From Waterburya sp. (GTDB lineage Bacteria; Cyanobacteriota; Cyanobacteriia; Cyanobacteriales; Xenococcaceae), in contig CBDCJV010000002.1 in NCBI GenBank assembly GCA_965217895.1, forward strand, positions 2,624,001 through 2,688,000: 64,000 nucleotides of DNA, given 5' to 3'. Below the pieces are notes generated by a model. It ran no database searches. It saw nothing but the letters and a program-made list of their open reading frames with translations, and was not told the DNA's origin. This document shows positions 29,073 to 39,812 of this stretch, piece after piece. Position 1 is the stretch's first letter; each line of letters starts with the position of its first letter. The position numbers were made by a program, and so were the translations under genes.

Positions 29073-29393
29073 ATGTTATACCATTTAGATTTTCAAATTG
29101 AATATGCGGATAATATGTCGCAACACGATCTCTTTACGATCTGGGCAGAAGAGGCTAAGGCTGCACTGGACGCTAAAAAGGCAGGAGTTATAGTAGATTT
29201 GTGGAAATGCGTGGGAATGCGTCGCGTAATTGCGATCGTCAATGTTGCTTCTGCCGATCTACTCGACCAAATTTTGCTGGATTTACCCATTATGAAAAAG
29301 ATGGGGCAGTATGTTTATGTGGATGTCGTTTCGTTAAGACCCTATGAAGATTTTGCTATGGATGTAAGCAATCGCCTTTCTGAATCCAACTGA
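29073..29393 (+). CDS. Muconolactone delta-isomerase family protein
   Basis: MLY.L...EE..A...G....LW..VG....L..LP; GAGGAG RBS. Confidence 0.8.
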   Translation: MLYHLDFQIEYADNMSQHDLFTIWAEEAKAALDAKKAGVIVDLWKCVGMRRVIAIVNVASADLLDQILLDLPIMKKMGQYVYVDVVSLRPYEDFAMDVSNRLSESN

Positions 29394-29627
29394 TTATAGG
29401 TAAGATTTAGAGAAACTGACTTGTTAAAAGTTCACTTTGCCGAAACCTGGAACGAATTACTTAATGAATCCAATCCCCGTGGTTGTTCTCAAGCGAGACT
29501 GAATTTGTCATTATTTTCAGCTTATTACCTGCCCTTTTCTGATCCCGAACTCACGTTGACTAAGGCTGACCAGAAAATTAAAGATATTATTATTGAGCTA
29601 AATCGTTTTAACAAATTTGTTTCTTAC

Positions 29628-29801
29628 TCATGATTTTGCAGAAATATTCTGAGGAATATATAGCTGTGACTCGTAGTCTTCTTCGATTTCGGTTTTAGGT
29701 GTGGAAAATACAAAAACTGCCATCCTACCTAAAGCAAAGGCTAAGAAGATTCCTGCGATCGCTAAGATAAAGGTAATAATAAGATTACTGGGTCGTTTCA
29801 T
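29628..29801 (-). CDS. Small (57 aa) single-TM protein, below the ORF-track cutoff
   Basis: MKRPSNLIITFILAIAGIFLAFALGRMAVFVFSTPKTEIEEDYESQLYIPQNISAKS*. Confidence 0.5.
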   Translation of the reverse strand: MKRPSNLIITFILAIAGIFLAFALGRMAVFVFSTPKTEIEEDYESQLYIPQNISAKS

Positions 29802-30175
29802 AATTTCTAATAAATATTAATATAAAAGCGCGATCACTAATTTAAAAATTTATAATGCGATCGCCTACTTGGAACAAGTTCAAAGTTATTATAAACTTTG
29901 GTAGGCATAGATTTATCTTTCATATCTGCATTCTTCATTAATGTATACTCCGCCATCTTCTTCAATTCTGACTACATCTAAGTTTCTCTCAGTAGCTTCA
30001 TCAAAAGCCACTTCTAAAATGCCATCTTCGTTAATCATTGGTTCAGTGCTGCTATATGTAGATTAAACAATTACCCCGATCAACTTCATCTGTTGTAAGG
30101 ATGAAAATGTTGTAAGGATGAAAATGCCCATAATTATTAGTTAAATTAAATACAACTTTAGTTATACATTGCGTT

Positions 30176-32230
30176 TTAAAACTGCCAGCCAAGTAAGTTC
30201 CAGTAAGCAAGTAGGGGAACAAAGGTAATTGCCGCAATAGTGACTAAAGTATAGTGCGATCGCCCTTGCCAAGACCAATAGTTTTTCCGCCAAATCACCA
30301 GCATCATGATCGACAAGATGGCAGATAATACAGCAGTTAATATCGGGATAATAAGCAAGCCCATTGCTACAGGAGGCACGCCATAAACTAGTTTCCAAGC
30401 ACCCCACCGCCATAGGTACAATGGCAATCCAACAATGAAAATTAGATTTAATATTCCTACCAAACCAGCTATAGTACGAACCCAAGTTAATTTGGGTAGT
30501 TGCCTTGCTTTCCCTAGCAAAAGCCCCAGCAATGGGCGAACAATGCCTGCAACTGTAGCTGTTAGAAACAACATCAGGCAGAAAATTAATATTCCTAAAT
30601 GTAGCTTAATCGTCTCGTACCAAGGCACTCGTTGATATGTATTAATTTTGGGGTACAGGGGATTGGAAACATGAGTAATTTTTCCCGAATCGTCGGCGAC
30701 AAAATAAACATAGGCATTATCGTTGTTGCGGTAAAATAAACTTGGTTCTTGAGTAGGAATTAGTTTAATATTTTTGACTTTGCTGCGGAACAATAATGGA
30801 GGAGTTTTAATTAGTAAAGTTCCTTTTGCTTGGGTAGTAACTTGAATCTCTTTAGCAATACCAGTAATCTTGGCAATAGTCGATCGCGGATACTCCATAT
30901 CTCGAAAAGTGCCAGTATATTTTTCTAACTGTTGAGGTGATAATTTGCCAGCACTAATTTTTGTCTGAGGTGCTGGAAAGTAACGATTAAAGAATTGATT
31001 AAGGAATTTACTATGTACGCCACTAAAGCTATTGGTTGCAATAAAAATACCGATGTTCTCTTTAGAAATCAAAGTAAGGGAACTAGAATAACCTCGCAGA
31101 CTACCCAAATGTCCAATTGCTCTTTTATTGTTAATTAAACGTTCTCTAAAACCATAGCCCGTACCTGGTAACTTGGGATGTATCTGGTAGTGAGTCGAGT
31201 GCATCAATTCAACGGTTTCAGGCTTCAATATGCGATTGTTTTGATAGCTTCCCTGCTGTAAATGAGCCAGCATAAAATGAGCCATGTCGGTGGCGGTAGT
31301 AGTCAAGGCAGCAGCAGGAGCAATATTAAGATAAAGGTAGGGAACTGGTTTGGCTTTACCATTCTGTATTTGATAACCTGTAGCCAAGTTTTTCGGTAAT
31401 TCAGATACGGGAGGTTGCTCAAAACTACTATGGTTCATTGATAGGGGTTGCAAGATATTCTTATCTATATATTCGACAAAAGGTACACCCGATATCTTTT
31501 CTACCAGGTAACCTAGCAGGGCAATACTGTGATTTGAGTAGCTATAAAACTTGCCTGGAGGATAGTTAATTCCTGGCATATATTCAGGCAGATATTTTGC
31601 CAACGGCTGTATCTGGGCTTTGGTTCTCGCACCTAATCCCACTAAACGCTGTGTTGTGCCGTCGGTGTGCATCATCATGCGGGCTGGGGTAACAGGTTCG
31701 GGGTAAGGATTTTCTAATTGCCAGCCTTCTAAGTATTGATCGACATTATCATTTAAAGCAAGATCCCCTTGTTCGTATAGCTGCATTGCTGCGGTAGCGG
31801 TAAATAGTTTTGAAAGGGAAGCTACCCGAAACAAAGTCTTTTCCGCATCTACAGGAATCTTTTGCTCTATATCTGCATAACCATAGCCATTACTAAATAA
31901 AATTTCGCCATCTTTTACTATTGAAATAGCTGCCCCAGGTATATTAGATTGTTCTAGCTGTTGTTTAAAATAACCATTAACAAAGGTTGCCAAGTCTTCA
32001 GAGTCCTCCAAATCCAATGGTTTAGCGGAGGAAGTATCCACAGAATCATCTGGTGATAGTTGTTGAGGTTGATTATCTAAAATATGAAACTGAGGAGTGT
32101 TGTTAGCTAAACTAGGCTGTAGAGAAACGAAAACCAACAGAATAAATCCGCTTACCAGAGCAATAAATTTACGAACAGTCTTATTATTGACTGAATATCT
32201 TAGAATTTGATGTTTTGGCGATTTATTCAT
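30176..32230 (-). CDS. Beta-lactamase-like serine hydrolase with C-terminal TM helices
   Basis: SLSK, YSN and HLG motifs; signal peptide. Confidence 0.9.
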   Translation of the reverse strand: MNKSPKHQILRYSVNNKTVRKFIALVSGFILLVFVSLQPSLANNTPQFHILDNQPQQLSPDDSVDTSSAKPLDLEDSEDLATFVNGYFKQQLEQSNIPGAAISIVKDGEILFSNGYGYADIEQKIPVDAEKTLFRVASLSKLFTATAAMQLYEQGDLALNDNVDQYLEGWQLENPYPEPVTPARMMMHTDGTTQRLVGLGARTKAQIQPLAKYLPEYMPGINYPPGKFYSYSNHSIALLGYLVEKISGVPFVEYIDKNILQPLSMNHSSFEQPPVSELPKNLATGYQIQNGKAKPVPYLYLNIAPAAALTTTATDMAHFMLAHLQQGSYQNNRILKPETVELMHSTHYQIHPKLPGTGYGFRERLINNKRAIGHLGSLRGYSSSLTLISKENIGIFIATNSFSGVHSKFLNQFFNRYFPAPQTKISAGKLSPQQLEKYTGTFRDMEYPRSTIAKITGIAKEIQVTTQAKGTLLIKTPPLLFRSKVKNIKLIPTQEPSLFYRNNDNAYVYFVADDSGKITHVSNPLYPKINTYQRVPWYETIKLHLGILIFCLMLFLTATVAGIVRPLLGLLLGKARQLPKLTWVRTIAGLVGILNLIFIVGLPLYLWRWGAWKLVYGVPPVAMGLLIIPILTAVLSAILSIMMLVIWRKNYWSWQGRSHYTLVTIAAITFVPLLAYWNLLGWQF

Positions 32231-32254
32231 CTTTAGCAGTTATGACATTACCAA

Positions 32255-32379
32255 TATAGTCATTCCAATTAATTTCCGCAGGTTAATCTGTTATGGAAGT
32301 CAGAGGTCAGAAGTCAGAGGGTTTACGGCGATTCTGGCAGATTATACTATTCATCAGGTTTTTTTTGGGAATGACTATA
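32255..32379. mobile_element. MITE containing a nested mini-element
   Basis: Outer TIR TATAGTCATTCC/GGAATGACTATA; inner TAATCTG...CAGATTA (32284-32344) with GARGTCA heptamers. Confidence 0.7.
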
Positions 32380-32397
32380 GTTAGGACAATCTGTACT

Positions 32398-32583
32398 GCT
32401 CTAATAGGAGTGGTAGCTGCTTTAGCCTTAGTACCTGCGATCGCAGCAGCAGGAATAGCCTTTCTCTCTAAAAATCCCGTAATGGGTTTTGGCGGTCTGC
32501 TTCTCTTAAGTATTAATGTCGGGTTTATTATTATCTCTGGTATTTTAACTATTATTATTATGCGACCAGAGCAACGAGATTAA
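32398..32583 (+). pseudogene. 3' fragment of a DUF389 gene
   Basis: LIGVVAALALVPAIAAAG..INVG; DNA paralogue of 37984-38162. Confidence 0.8.
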
Positions 32584-32605
32584 GTCCTATTTGAGTCTAT
32601 GCCTG

Positions 32606-33806
32606 GGGAGCATCCCATTTTGGCAAATAGACTAAGCAGCAATTTGTCCATTAAGATAAGCACAGCGTAATCGCAGCATTGAACTAACTGAATCTGGATT
32701 CCATTGTGAGCCTGAAATTTTTAGACGGCGATCGAGTTGCTTTATAGCTGATTCAACTGCTCGCCTCACCAATTGAAATATGATACTCAGTTTGTAGCAA
32801 CTCGTAATTAACTAAACGATGACGGTGTTTTTCGATATAAGCTAAAAACTTTCGCGCCCGTCTAGGACATTCTTGCTCGAATAAAGCGATCGCTTGCTCT
32901 ACTTTTCCTGACCACAAAAATGTTTCTACTTGTCTCAGGCGTTTTAATGAACCACCAACTTTAAACAAATTTTCTTTCAGATGAAACCAATCTAAAATTT
33001 CATATCGTTGTTGTGTCGTAGCAATTCGACTGAAAAGATTCCACACTCCTGAATGACCATCCCCCAAACAGATTAGAGGATTAGTTAATACTTGAGAATC
33101 GATCCATGCAGTTAACTCTTCTTTTCCTCGGAATGTTGCCCCATAGTAGACTCCCGATAAACGTGCTGCTTGATAATCTCGCCATTCACATTTTTCTCCT
33201 AGGGTTGGAGTTCTTAAGCTCACTTTGCCTCCATCATTGCACACCTCATTGATCGCTATTGGACTAGCGGGAAAATCTAAATGCTCTTTTTCTGTTTCTG
33301 TATAGACTTGTCTTTGTAATGTGCTATGCCCTACTTTCATTCCTGTCAGTAAAAACAAGTCTTGTTCTGCTTGAGAAAATGATTCATTGGCACTCAGACA
33401 CAAGCAGCATTTTTGAAGCAAAGGACTAATACGGGTCCTTGCTTGTACACCTAGTTTTTCTAATTGTCGGTGACGTAGACGTAGTTTTCCTACGGAGCTT
33501 TTGATTATTCGCTCTTTCCCGATGTTTGTTTTGGTCTTTTGTTCGATAAAAAAAATGCCATCTCAGGTCCTACTGATTCCAAAAGATGTTCTCTAACTGC
33601 TTTTTCTATGTGCTCCAGGGTTTGACATTTATCTGGTGCAGTATTGCGATACAAAATTTTTGATAGTTCTTGGACACATTCTTGTACACGAGCTTTATCT
33701 GATGGGGTCATTAGCTTTCTTCATCACTCAAGTCTTCTTTTAGTTTGCTCCCCATCCCTCCTATTTCTCTACTTCTTCTGTTTTTCTTCCAAAATGGGAT
33801 GCTCCC
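32606..33806 (-). mobile_element. ISKra4 family element, degenerate
   Basis: Perfect 18-bp TIR GGGAGCATCCCATTTTGG; DGGKV, GDG, LDWFH and VES motifs; no flanking direct repeat seen. Confidence 0.9.
32632..33711 (-). pseudogene. ISKra4 transposase
   Basis: ORF1 and ORF2 join by a -1 shift at the T8 run (33548-33555), plausibly programmed; an extra +1 shift near 32761 separates AVESAIKQ, which holds the catalytic Glu. Confidence 0.8.
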
Positions 33807-33963
33807 TACCAGTGTTCTAATAATTTACAGTGTAGAGTAGAAAAAAATATCTATCTACAGAAACAAATTTGATAAATTCTTTGTATATAATTCGTATATT
33901 AAATATCTACTTTTTCTTTTTATAAAAATAATGTATTATCTTTGCTTTAAGAATTTTATTAGA

Positions 33964-35958
33964 TTACACTACCTGTTCGTCCATCGACCCAAGATAATCT
34001 TCAACAGAAGACAAGTGCCATTTAGATTGTCCTTTAATTTGCAAAACCTGTTGATGGTATTTTAATAGGCTAGGACGATGACCAACACTGACTATCGTAG
34101 TTTCTGACTGCTGCAACAGTTGATAAAGTCGTTTTTCATTTTGTGTATCTAATGCAGAGGTAGCTTCGTCTAAAATCGCATAGTTTGGTTTGGTTAACAG
34201 TAACCGTGCAAAAGCTAATCGCTGTTGTTCTCCTAAAGATAAAACATCCGACCAACTTAATTCCACATCCAATCCTCCGACTTTACTAGATAGATCTGGC
34301 AAATTTACCTGCTGTAAAACTTGAATTAGTCGATCATCGGCAACACTACTTTCAGTATTGGGATAAAGCAACTGTTGTCGTAGCGTACCCAAAATCATAT
34401 AGGGCTTCTGGGGCAAAAACAGCATCGAATCTGAGGATGGTCTGATAATTGTTCCCGTACCTTTGTTCCATAATCCTGCGATCGCTCTTAATAAAGAACT
34501 TTTCCCCGCCCCACTTTCACCGACAATTGCTAAACTCTGACCAGGTGCGATCGCCATGGAAAGATTTTCTACCAGGGTTTGTTGACGATTAGGAGTCTGT
34601 AGCGTTACCTTTTCTAATGCCAAACGAGAATCAACTTCAGTATTAATCGTAGTGGCTTCAGGGGTCGATTTTTGCCCCTGTGTCAATTCACTTAAGGTTT
34701 CATCAAAGGCAGCAATCCGATTGATTCCCGCTGCAAAGGCTGTCAAAAGCTCAAATTGGGTAATAACAATCGCTAAAGCTCCAAAAATCTGACTAAACGC
34801 CAAACTTGCTTGACTAATCGCGCCAAAATCAATATTTCCTGCCAGATAAATTGGTGCAACAACTAAATAGGGTAAGATGCGAACAAAATAATTGTGTCCC
34901 GTAGTGAAGAAGTCTAGGTTACGCTGCCAACCAATCAAAATGTGATAGTTTCTAATTGCCCTCATAAACCTTTGTCCGACGCTTTCAAGTTCTTGTGATT
35001 CTCCCCCATAAAAGGCGATCGATTCCGCGTTGTCTCGCAAATGCACCAACCCATAACGGAAGTCTGCTTCTCGCTGTAGCTGATTGTAGTTAAGTCCAAT
35101 TAATCTTCTGCCGATTAACACCGTTACCACCGTACCAAACACGGCATAGATAATTAATACCATTGATAGGCTGCTAGAAATTGCCCAGAGTACGCCGACA
35201 AAAGAAAAAAGCGTGATTACAGAATCTAAAATCACTAAGAGAAAAGTCAAGCTAGTACGAGTAAAAGACCTAATATCTTCGGCAATCCGCTGATCGGGGT
35301 TATCAATCTGCCTAAGAGCATTAATCTGATAATAGGCTCTATTTTGCAAGTATCGCTGCATAAAGTTGTCCGTCAACCACTCACGCCAATAAACCCCCAG
35401 TAATTCCTGACAGTAGCGATAAATCACTACTATGGGCGTACCAATAACAAATACTGCGCCAAACACCCCTAAAAAGAGCCAAAAAGTAGATGCTTCTTTA
35501 TCTACCAAAGCCGTTTCAATAAAGCGCACCACAAAGGACAAAACAACATTTAAACCGCTAACCATAATTGAAAATAATAGCAGCAGTGCTAGCAAACCCC
35601 ATTGTTTTGTTCGTCCTCTTAGTCTGCGCCATTGCCAAGCAAAAATAGCTGCGGGGATAACTAAAGCCAAAGCCAGTACAGTTTGATAACCAGAGTCAGT
35701 CAATACCTTCTCTCTGATGCTAATCAAACCAGAAGCAACCTGTTGGGTAAATTCAGGAACAAACTGCTGACCTAGCCAAGTAGTAATAGCGATCGCGATA
35801 AATAAAGCAGCAAATAGAAAGATTAATAGCATTAGCAGCATAAAAAAGAAAATCCCTGCTTGTTTTTTTGTGGGATACCAGTAGGGTAATGCTACTTCGA
35901 TAAAGCGTTGCCAAAGACGGCGATCAATTCTATTAATTGGCGGTGTATTTTGAATCAT
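33964..35958 (-). CDS. ABCD/YddA-type fused ABC transporter
   Basis: DNPDQRI, EADFRY, GESGAGKS, LSLGEQQR, LDEATSA, SVGH. Confidence 0.93.
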   Translation of the reverse strand: MIQNTPPINRIDRRLWQRFIEVALPYWYPTKKQAGIFFFMLLMLLIFLFAALFIAIAITTWLGQQFVPEFTQQVASGLISIREKVLTDSGYQTVLALALVIPAAIFAWQWRRLRGRTKQWGLLALLLLFSIMVSGLNVVLSFVVRFIETALVDKEASTFWLFLGVFGAVFVIGTPIVVIYRYCQELLGVYWREWLTDNFMQRYLQNRAYYQINALRQIDNPDQRIAEDIRSFTRTSLTFLLVILDSVITLFSFVGVLWAISSSLSMVLIIYAVFGTVVTVLIGRRLIGLNYNQLQREADFRYGLVHLRDNAESIAFYGGESQELESVGQRFMRAIRNYHILIGWQRNLDFFTTGHNYFVRILPYLVVAPIYLAGNIDFGAISQASLAFSQIFGALAIVITQFELLTAFAAGINRIAAFDETLSELTQGQKSTPEATTINTEVDSRLALEKVTLQTPNRQQTLVENLSMAIAPGQSLAIVGESGAGKSSLLRAIAGLWNKGTGTIIRPSSDSMLFLPQKPYMILGTLRQQLLYPNTESSVADDRLIQVLQQVNLPDLSSKVGGLDVELSWSDVLSLGEQQRLAFARLLLTKPNYAILDEATSALDTQNEKRLYQLLQQSETTIVSVGHRPSLLKYHQQVLQIKGQSKWHLSSVEDYLGSMDEQVV

Positions 35959-36118
35959 AAGAATTAACTAAAATTGATCTTGCCAGACCTAGATTTGAAA
36001 ATAAATAAAACTTTAGTTAGATATTTTAATTAAATATTTTACCTATCATCTAACATGAATGGGCAGAATTAATACTGCACAATTTGCTGATATACAAGAA
36101 AAGGAGTCAAGCATATTT

Positions 36119-36919
36119 ATGTCAAAATTAAATCTATCATTTAAGTTAGGAACAGGCGCAGTAATTTTATCCCTAGCTTCAGTTTTTGCTACTGACCCTG
36201 CTAGCCTACAAGCTCAAGAAACTGATAGTAATACCACTATTGAAGAGATTGAAGAAGATAATGCCGATGCAACAGGCAAACAAGTAACTGTCAGAGGTGA
36301 AGTAAATGAAGTTGAACCTGGTATATCCTTCCAAATTTCTGAAGAAGGTTTTTTGGAAGGCAGCGAAGTACTAGTGGTTAACGTTTCTGGTGAAATGCTT
36401 CCCGAAATGCCTGACGAAGATTTAGAATTACAGGTAACAGGAGAATTGAATCAATTCGTATATGCCGATGTCGATCGTCTCTACGATTTAGACCTAGACC
36501 CCGATCTTTATGTAGATTATGAAAATAAACCAGTCATTTTTGCCGAATCAATGACTTTATCTCCTGGTATTGAAGATATTTCTGAAAGACCAGACAATTT
36601 TTATAGCAAAGAAGTTGCTTTAGAAGGAGAAGTTGGCGAAATAAAAAGCGATTCAGCCTTTACTCTCAGTGAAGATGAATTAATTGGCGACAACGATATG
36701 CTAATGATTAACGTAACTGGTGAGCCTATTCCCCAACAGGAGCAAAAAGTAGTAGTGACTGGTACGGTTCGTCCATATGTTTCTGCTGAATTTGAGAGAG
36801 ATTATGACCTAACCTGGGATTTGGACGTGCAGAAAGAAATAGAGGCAGAATATTCCCAAAAGCCTGTCTTGGTAGTAGACAGCATCGAGCCAGCCAAAGA
36901 TGAAGGATTATTCGAGTAA
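36119..36919 (+). CDS. Exported acidic protein with two internal repeats (OB-fold-like)
   Basis: Signal peptide; two ~115-aa repeats; AAGGAG RBS; paralogue of 45858-46670. Confidence 0.8.
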   Translation: MSKLNLSFKLGTGAVILSLASVFATDPASLQAQETDSNTTIEEIEEDNADATGKQVTVRGEVNEVEPGISFQISEEGFLEGSEVLVVNVSGEMLPEMPDEDLELQVTGELNQFVYADVDRLYDLDLDPDLYVDYENKPVIFAESMTLSPGIEDISERPDNFYSKEVALEGEVGEIKSDSAFTLSEDELIGDNDMLMINVTGEPIPQQEQKVVVTGTVRPYVSAEFERDYDLTWDLDVQKEIEAEYSQKPVLVVDSIEPAKDEGLFE

Positions 36920-36938
36920 TTATTTATTAATGCATTTT

Positions 36939-36963
36939 TAGAGCGTAATTATATTACGCTTTA
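36939..36963 (+). terminator. Intrinsic terminator-like hairpin
   Basis: AGCGTAAT-TAT-ATTACGCT followed by a T-rich tract. Confidence 0.55.
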
Positions 36964-37056
36964 TTTTTTAGATTGCAGTTAAATAATCACAGTTATAAAT
37001 AGCTAACAGCATCTCTGATTAATCAAATTTACATAACGTAAAACTCAACATTATTT

Positions 37057-37479
37057 ATGAATCAAAACAGAAATAAAATATTTTGGACGACCTTACTATT
37101 TTTAGGTACATTCTACGCCTGGAACAACACTATTAATTATAGCATTGCCGAGTCTATAATTAGTGACCCTGTTCGCAGTTTGCCAAAAGAGCAAACTAAA
37201 GAAACTCCTAACAGTAATACTTTACCTGAGTCAGTTAAAAGTGCTGTGCTTAAAGCTGCTTCCGGGCAAACAAGTAGGACAGTGGCATATTTGAAAATAC
37301 TTGATTCGCAACCAAAAGAATGGAGTAACGGTTGTTTAGGTTTAACCGAACCAGGAAAAGTATGCGTTCAAAATATTGTTTCTGGCTGGCAAGTTAAAGT
37401 TACCGACGGTTTGAGAAACTGGACTTATCGTACCAATGATTCAGGAGATCTCGTTAAGCTCGAACCATCGCCAGAATGA
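37057..37479 (+). CDS. Exported hypothetical protein
   Basis: WSNGCLGL..PG..C.Q..V.GW...YRT two-Cys domain. Confidence 0.75.
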   Translation: MNQNRNKIFWTTLLFLGTFYAWNNTINYSIAESIISDPVRSLPKEQTKETPNSNTLPESVKSAVLKAASGQTSRTVAYLKILDSQPKEWSNGCLGLTEPGKVCVQNIVSGWQVKVTDGLRNWTYRTNDSGDLVKLEPSPE

Positions 37480-37519
37480 TAAAATATCAACATATTATGC
37501 ACAAATAAAATAATGCCGC

Positions 37520-38162
37520 GTGTCCTCTCATAAACCAAAGGTTAGCGATCGCACAATCGAAAAAGTCAGTAAGCAAGCGCGTCTTACAGCCTCCTATTTA
37601 GTATTTATGGCAACCGCAGGGGTATTAGCTACGGTTGCATTGCTAACTAACTCTATACCAATCAAGATTGGTTCGATGGTGATAGCCCCTGCCTTACCAC
37701 CTTTGGGCTTAGTATCATTAGCGATAGTAGTTAAAAAAAAGCCAAAATTAATAATGACGGGTTTAACTACAGCGTTTTTAGGTTTTCTAATTGCCATGGT
37801 TTTTGCCATGCTAACCACTTGGTTATTAAACATTACTCATGTAATTCCCGCCGAAACTAATTTGCTGGGCAAAGAACTTTTAGATGAACGAGTAAAGCCT
37901 GGATGGTATAGCGTAATAGCTGCAATGGCAGCGGGAGTTGCTGGTTCGGTCGCTTTGATAAAGCAAAAAACAGACACTTACTTTGGTAGGAGTGGTAGCT
38001 GCTTTAGCCTTAGTACCCGCGATCGCAGCAGCAGGTATTGCTTTCTTGTCTAAGAATCCGAGAATGGGTTTTAGTAGTTTGCTTTTGCTGGCAATTAACG
38101 TGGGATTTATTATTTCTGGGTTTTAACTATTTATTCTTTTGCGACCAGAACAAAAAGATTAA
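37520..38162 (+). pseudogene. DUF389 membrane protein, frameshifted
   Basis: IGSMVIAP and AGVAG motifs; ACTT duplication at 37976-37983 shifts LVGVVAALALVP out of frame. Confidence 0.82.
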
Positions 38163-38263
38163 GTTAATTAACGATCGCCAATTTTGCTAATTTGTCTCTC
38201 TCGGTAGAGACATAAAACAATAATATAGTGCAACCTAATAGTAAAGCTTATTAGATATTTACT

Positions 38264-38830
38264 ATGCAAGACAAATTAAACTCTTTTAACATACCTGACA
38301 AACAAAAGTTTGCTAGCGTTTTTCGACTCTTGGGTCAAGTTAGCTATTGGGTTCATTTAATTTTGGCTGCTACTTCAGCAATAATTTTGGGACTAATTGT
38401 ATTCAGTCGTAGATTAGGCACACCTGCAAACAATGCAGCTATTAGCGTGAGTATTGTTCTCACCGTTAGTAGTCTGGTAGCTTTAGGAATTAGAGTTTTC
38501 TTTGCTTGGCGTTATAGTAAGATGGCAAAACAATTACAGATTGCCAGATCCTCACAATTAGATAGATTGGAAATAATTAGTACTTTGCGGGTTGGTTTAA
38601 CAATTAGTTTAATCGGCTTAGTCCTAGCCTTTTTAGCCTCAGAAACTACGGTAGTGAGTATAATTGCTCAAGCGATCGCCCAGCCCCAAGGTACTAGAGT
38701 GTATGAACCACAGCAGGCGATCGAAACCGCCGATTTATTTCTAGATTTCGTTAACGTAACTATTTTGGGCGCACACGCTTTGGGTACAATTAATTCTTTG
38801 GGGTTACTCAACTGGATTACGCGAGAATAA
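38264..38830 (+). CDS. DUF3611 family membrane protein
   Basis: SYWVHLIL..., G....LIG, AQPQG, N.TILGAH. Confidence 0.8.
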   Translation: MQDKLNSFNIPDKQKFASVFRLLGQVSYWVHLILAATSAIILGLIVFSRRLGTPANNAAISVSIVLTVSSLVALGIRVFFAWRYSKMAKQLQIARSSQLDRLEIISTLRVGLTISLIGLVLAFLASETTVVSIIAQAIAQPQGTRVYEPQQAIETADLFLDFVNVTILGAHALGTINSLGLLNWITRE

Positions 38831-39042
38831 ATCGTATACGTATCTACTGTTTTGTATTTTGTCAACTAAAAATTGACTGAGAAAGGAAAACCTAAAGAGT
38901 ATATACCAAACGGTATTCTTAAGGATACCTTCGGATAAGGGATAAAGGAAAAAAAACATATCTAAACCCAAAAAACTACCGACCGTTGATTAGTTGACAA
39001 AGCACTGTCTTATATAAATTAGCCTTATTCAAATAGAAGAAT

Positions 39043-39615
39043 ATGTATGAACCAGCAGAATTGACACCCAACAATAAGTTGCCCAACAAGCAGAAATTTG
39101 CCCGCATCTTCCGCACATTAAGCCGTATTAGCTATTGGATTCATCTAATCTTAGGTGCTATATCGGGAGTGACTCTATTGCTTGTTTTCTTTAGTCGCGG
39201 AGCAAGTAACAGTGGTACAGGATTGGGTATCTTTATAGCTATGTTTAGCTTAATTGCTTTGGGTTTTAGAGTTTATTGGGCCTATCGATACCGTCAATTA
39301 GCTAAAAAATTAGAGAGAGTTAATCCCGATAAGCAACCTAGCAGAACAGAAATTATTAGATTACTCCGCATCGGATTGTTATCTAGTTTAATAGGACTGT
39401 TATTAGCTTTTATTGCTTCAGAGATTAGTCTCATTTCATTAGTTGTAGGTGCGATCGGCAGACCCCAAGGCGTTGCTGTATATGAAAGAGAACAGGTGAT
39501 TAAAATCGCCGATTTATTATTAATCCTGGCGCAATTTAATATTTTAGGCGCACACTTTTTTGGCACTGCTAATTCTTTAGGATTACTTAATTGGATATCA
39601 AAAGAAGAAGTATAG
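39043..39615 (+). CDS. DUF3611 family membrane protein (tandem paralogue)
   Basis: Same motifs, including a shared NSLGLLNWI end. Confidence 0.8.
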   Translation: MYEPAELTPNNKLPNKQKFARIFRTLSRISYWIHLILGAISGVTLLLVFFSRGASNSGTGLGIFIAMFSLIALGFRVYWAYRYRQLAKKLERVNPDKQPSRTEIIRLLRIGLLSSLIGLLLAFIASEISLISLVVGAIGRPQGVAVYEREQVIKIADLLLILAQFNILGAHFFGTANSLGLLNWISKEEV

Positions 39616-39767
39616 TCATACTAAATTCCCCCAGCACTCTTTTCCTCCGCTGCTTGGACTTTGAGAAAAATGCGATCGCCTAAAGGCTTAACGTAGATGT
39701 TTATAAAGCTAAGGTTGCCATGAAAAAATTCTCCTAACTATTGAATACAGGAACTAACAAAACATTT

Positions 39768-39812
39768 ATGATTTAGAGGAAGTGGAATTTGAACCCACTT
39801 CCTCTAAATCAT
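39768..39812. terminator. Perfect 18-bp stem directly after the hsp20 stop
   Basis: ATGATTTAGAGGAAGTGG-N9-CCACTTCCTCTAAATCAT. Confidence 0.75.

Noticed and set aside
29421..29633. 70-aa ORF after the muconolactone isomerase gene
   Set aside because: TTG start, no RBS and no recognisable motif; possibly a junction remnant.
32293..32397. N-terminus of the 96-aa ORF 32293-32583
   Set aside because: Translated from MITE heptamers; only the 3' part is DUF389-derived.
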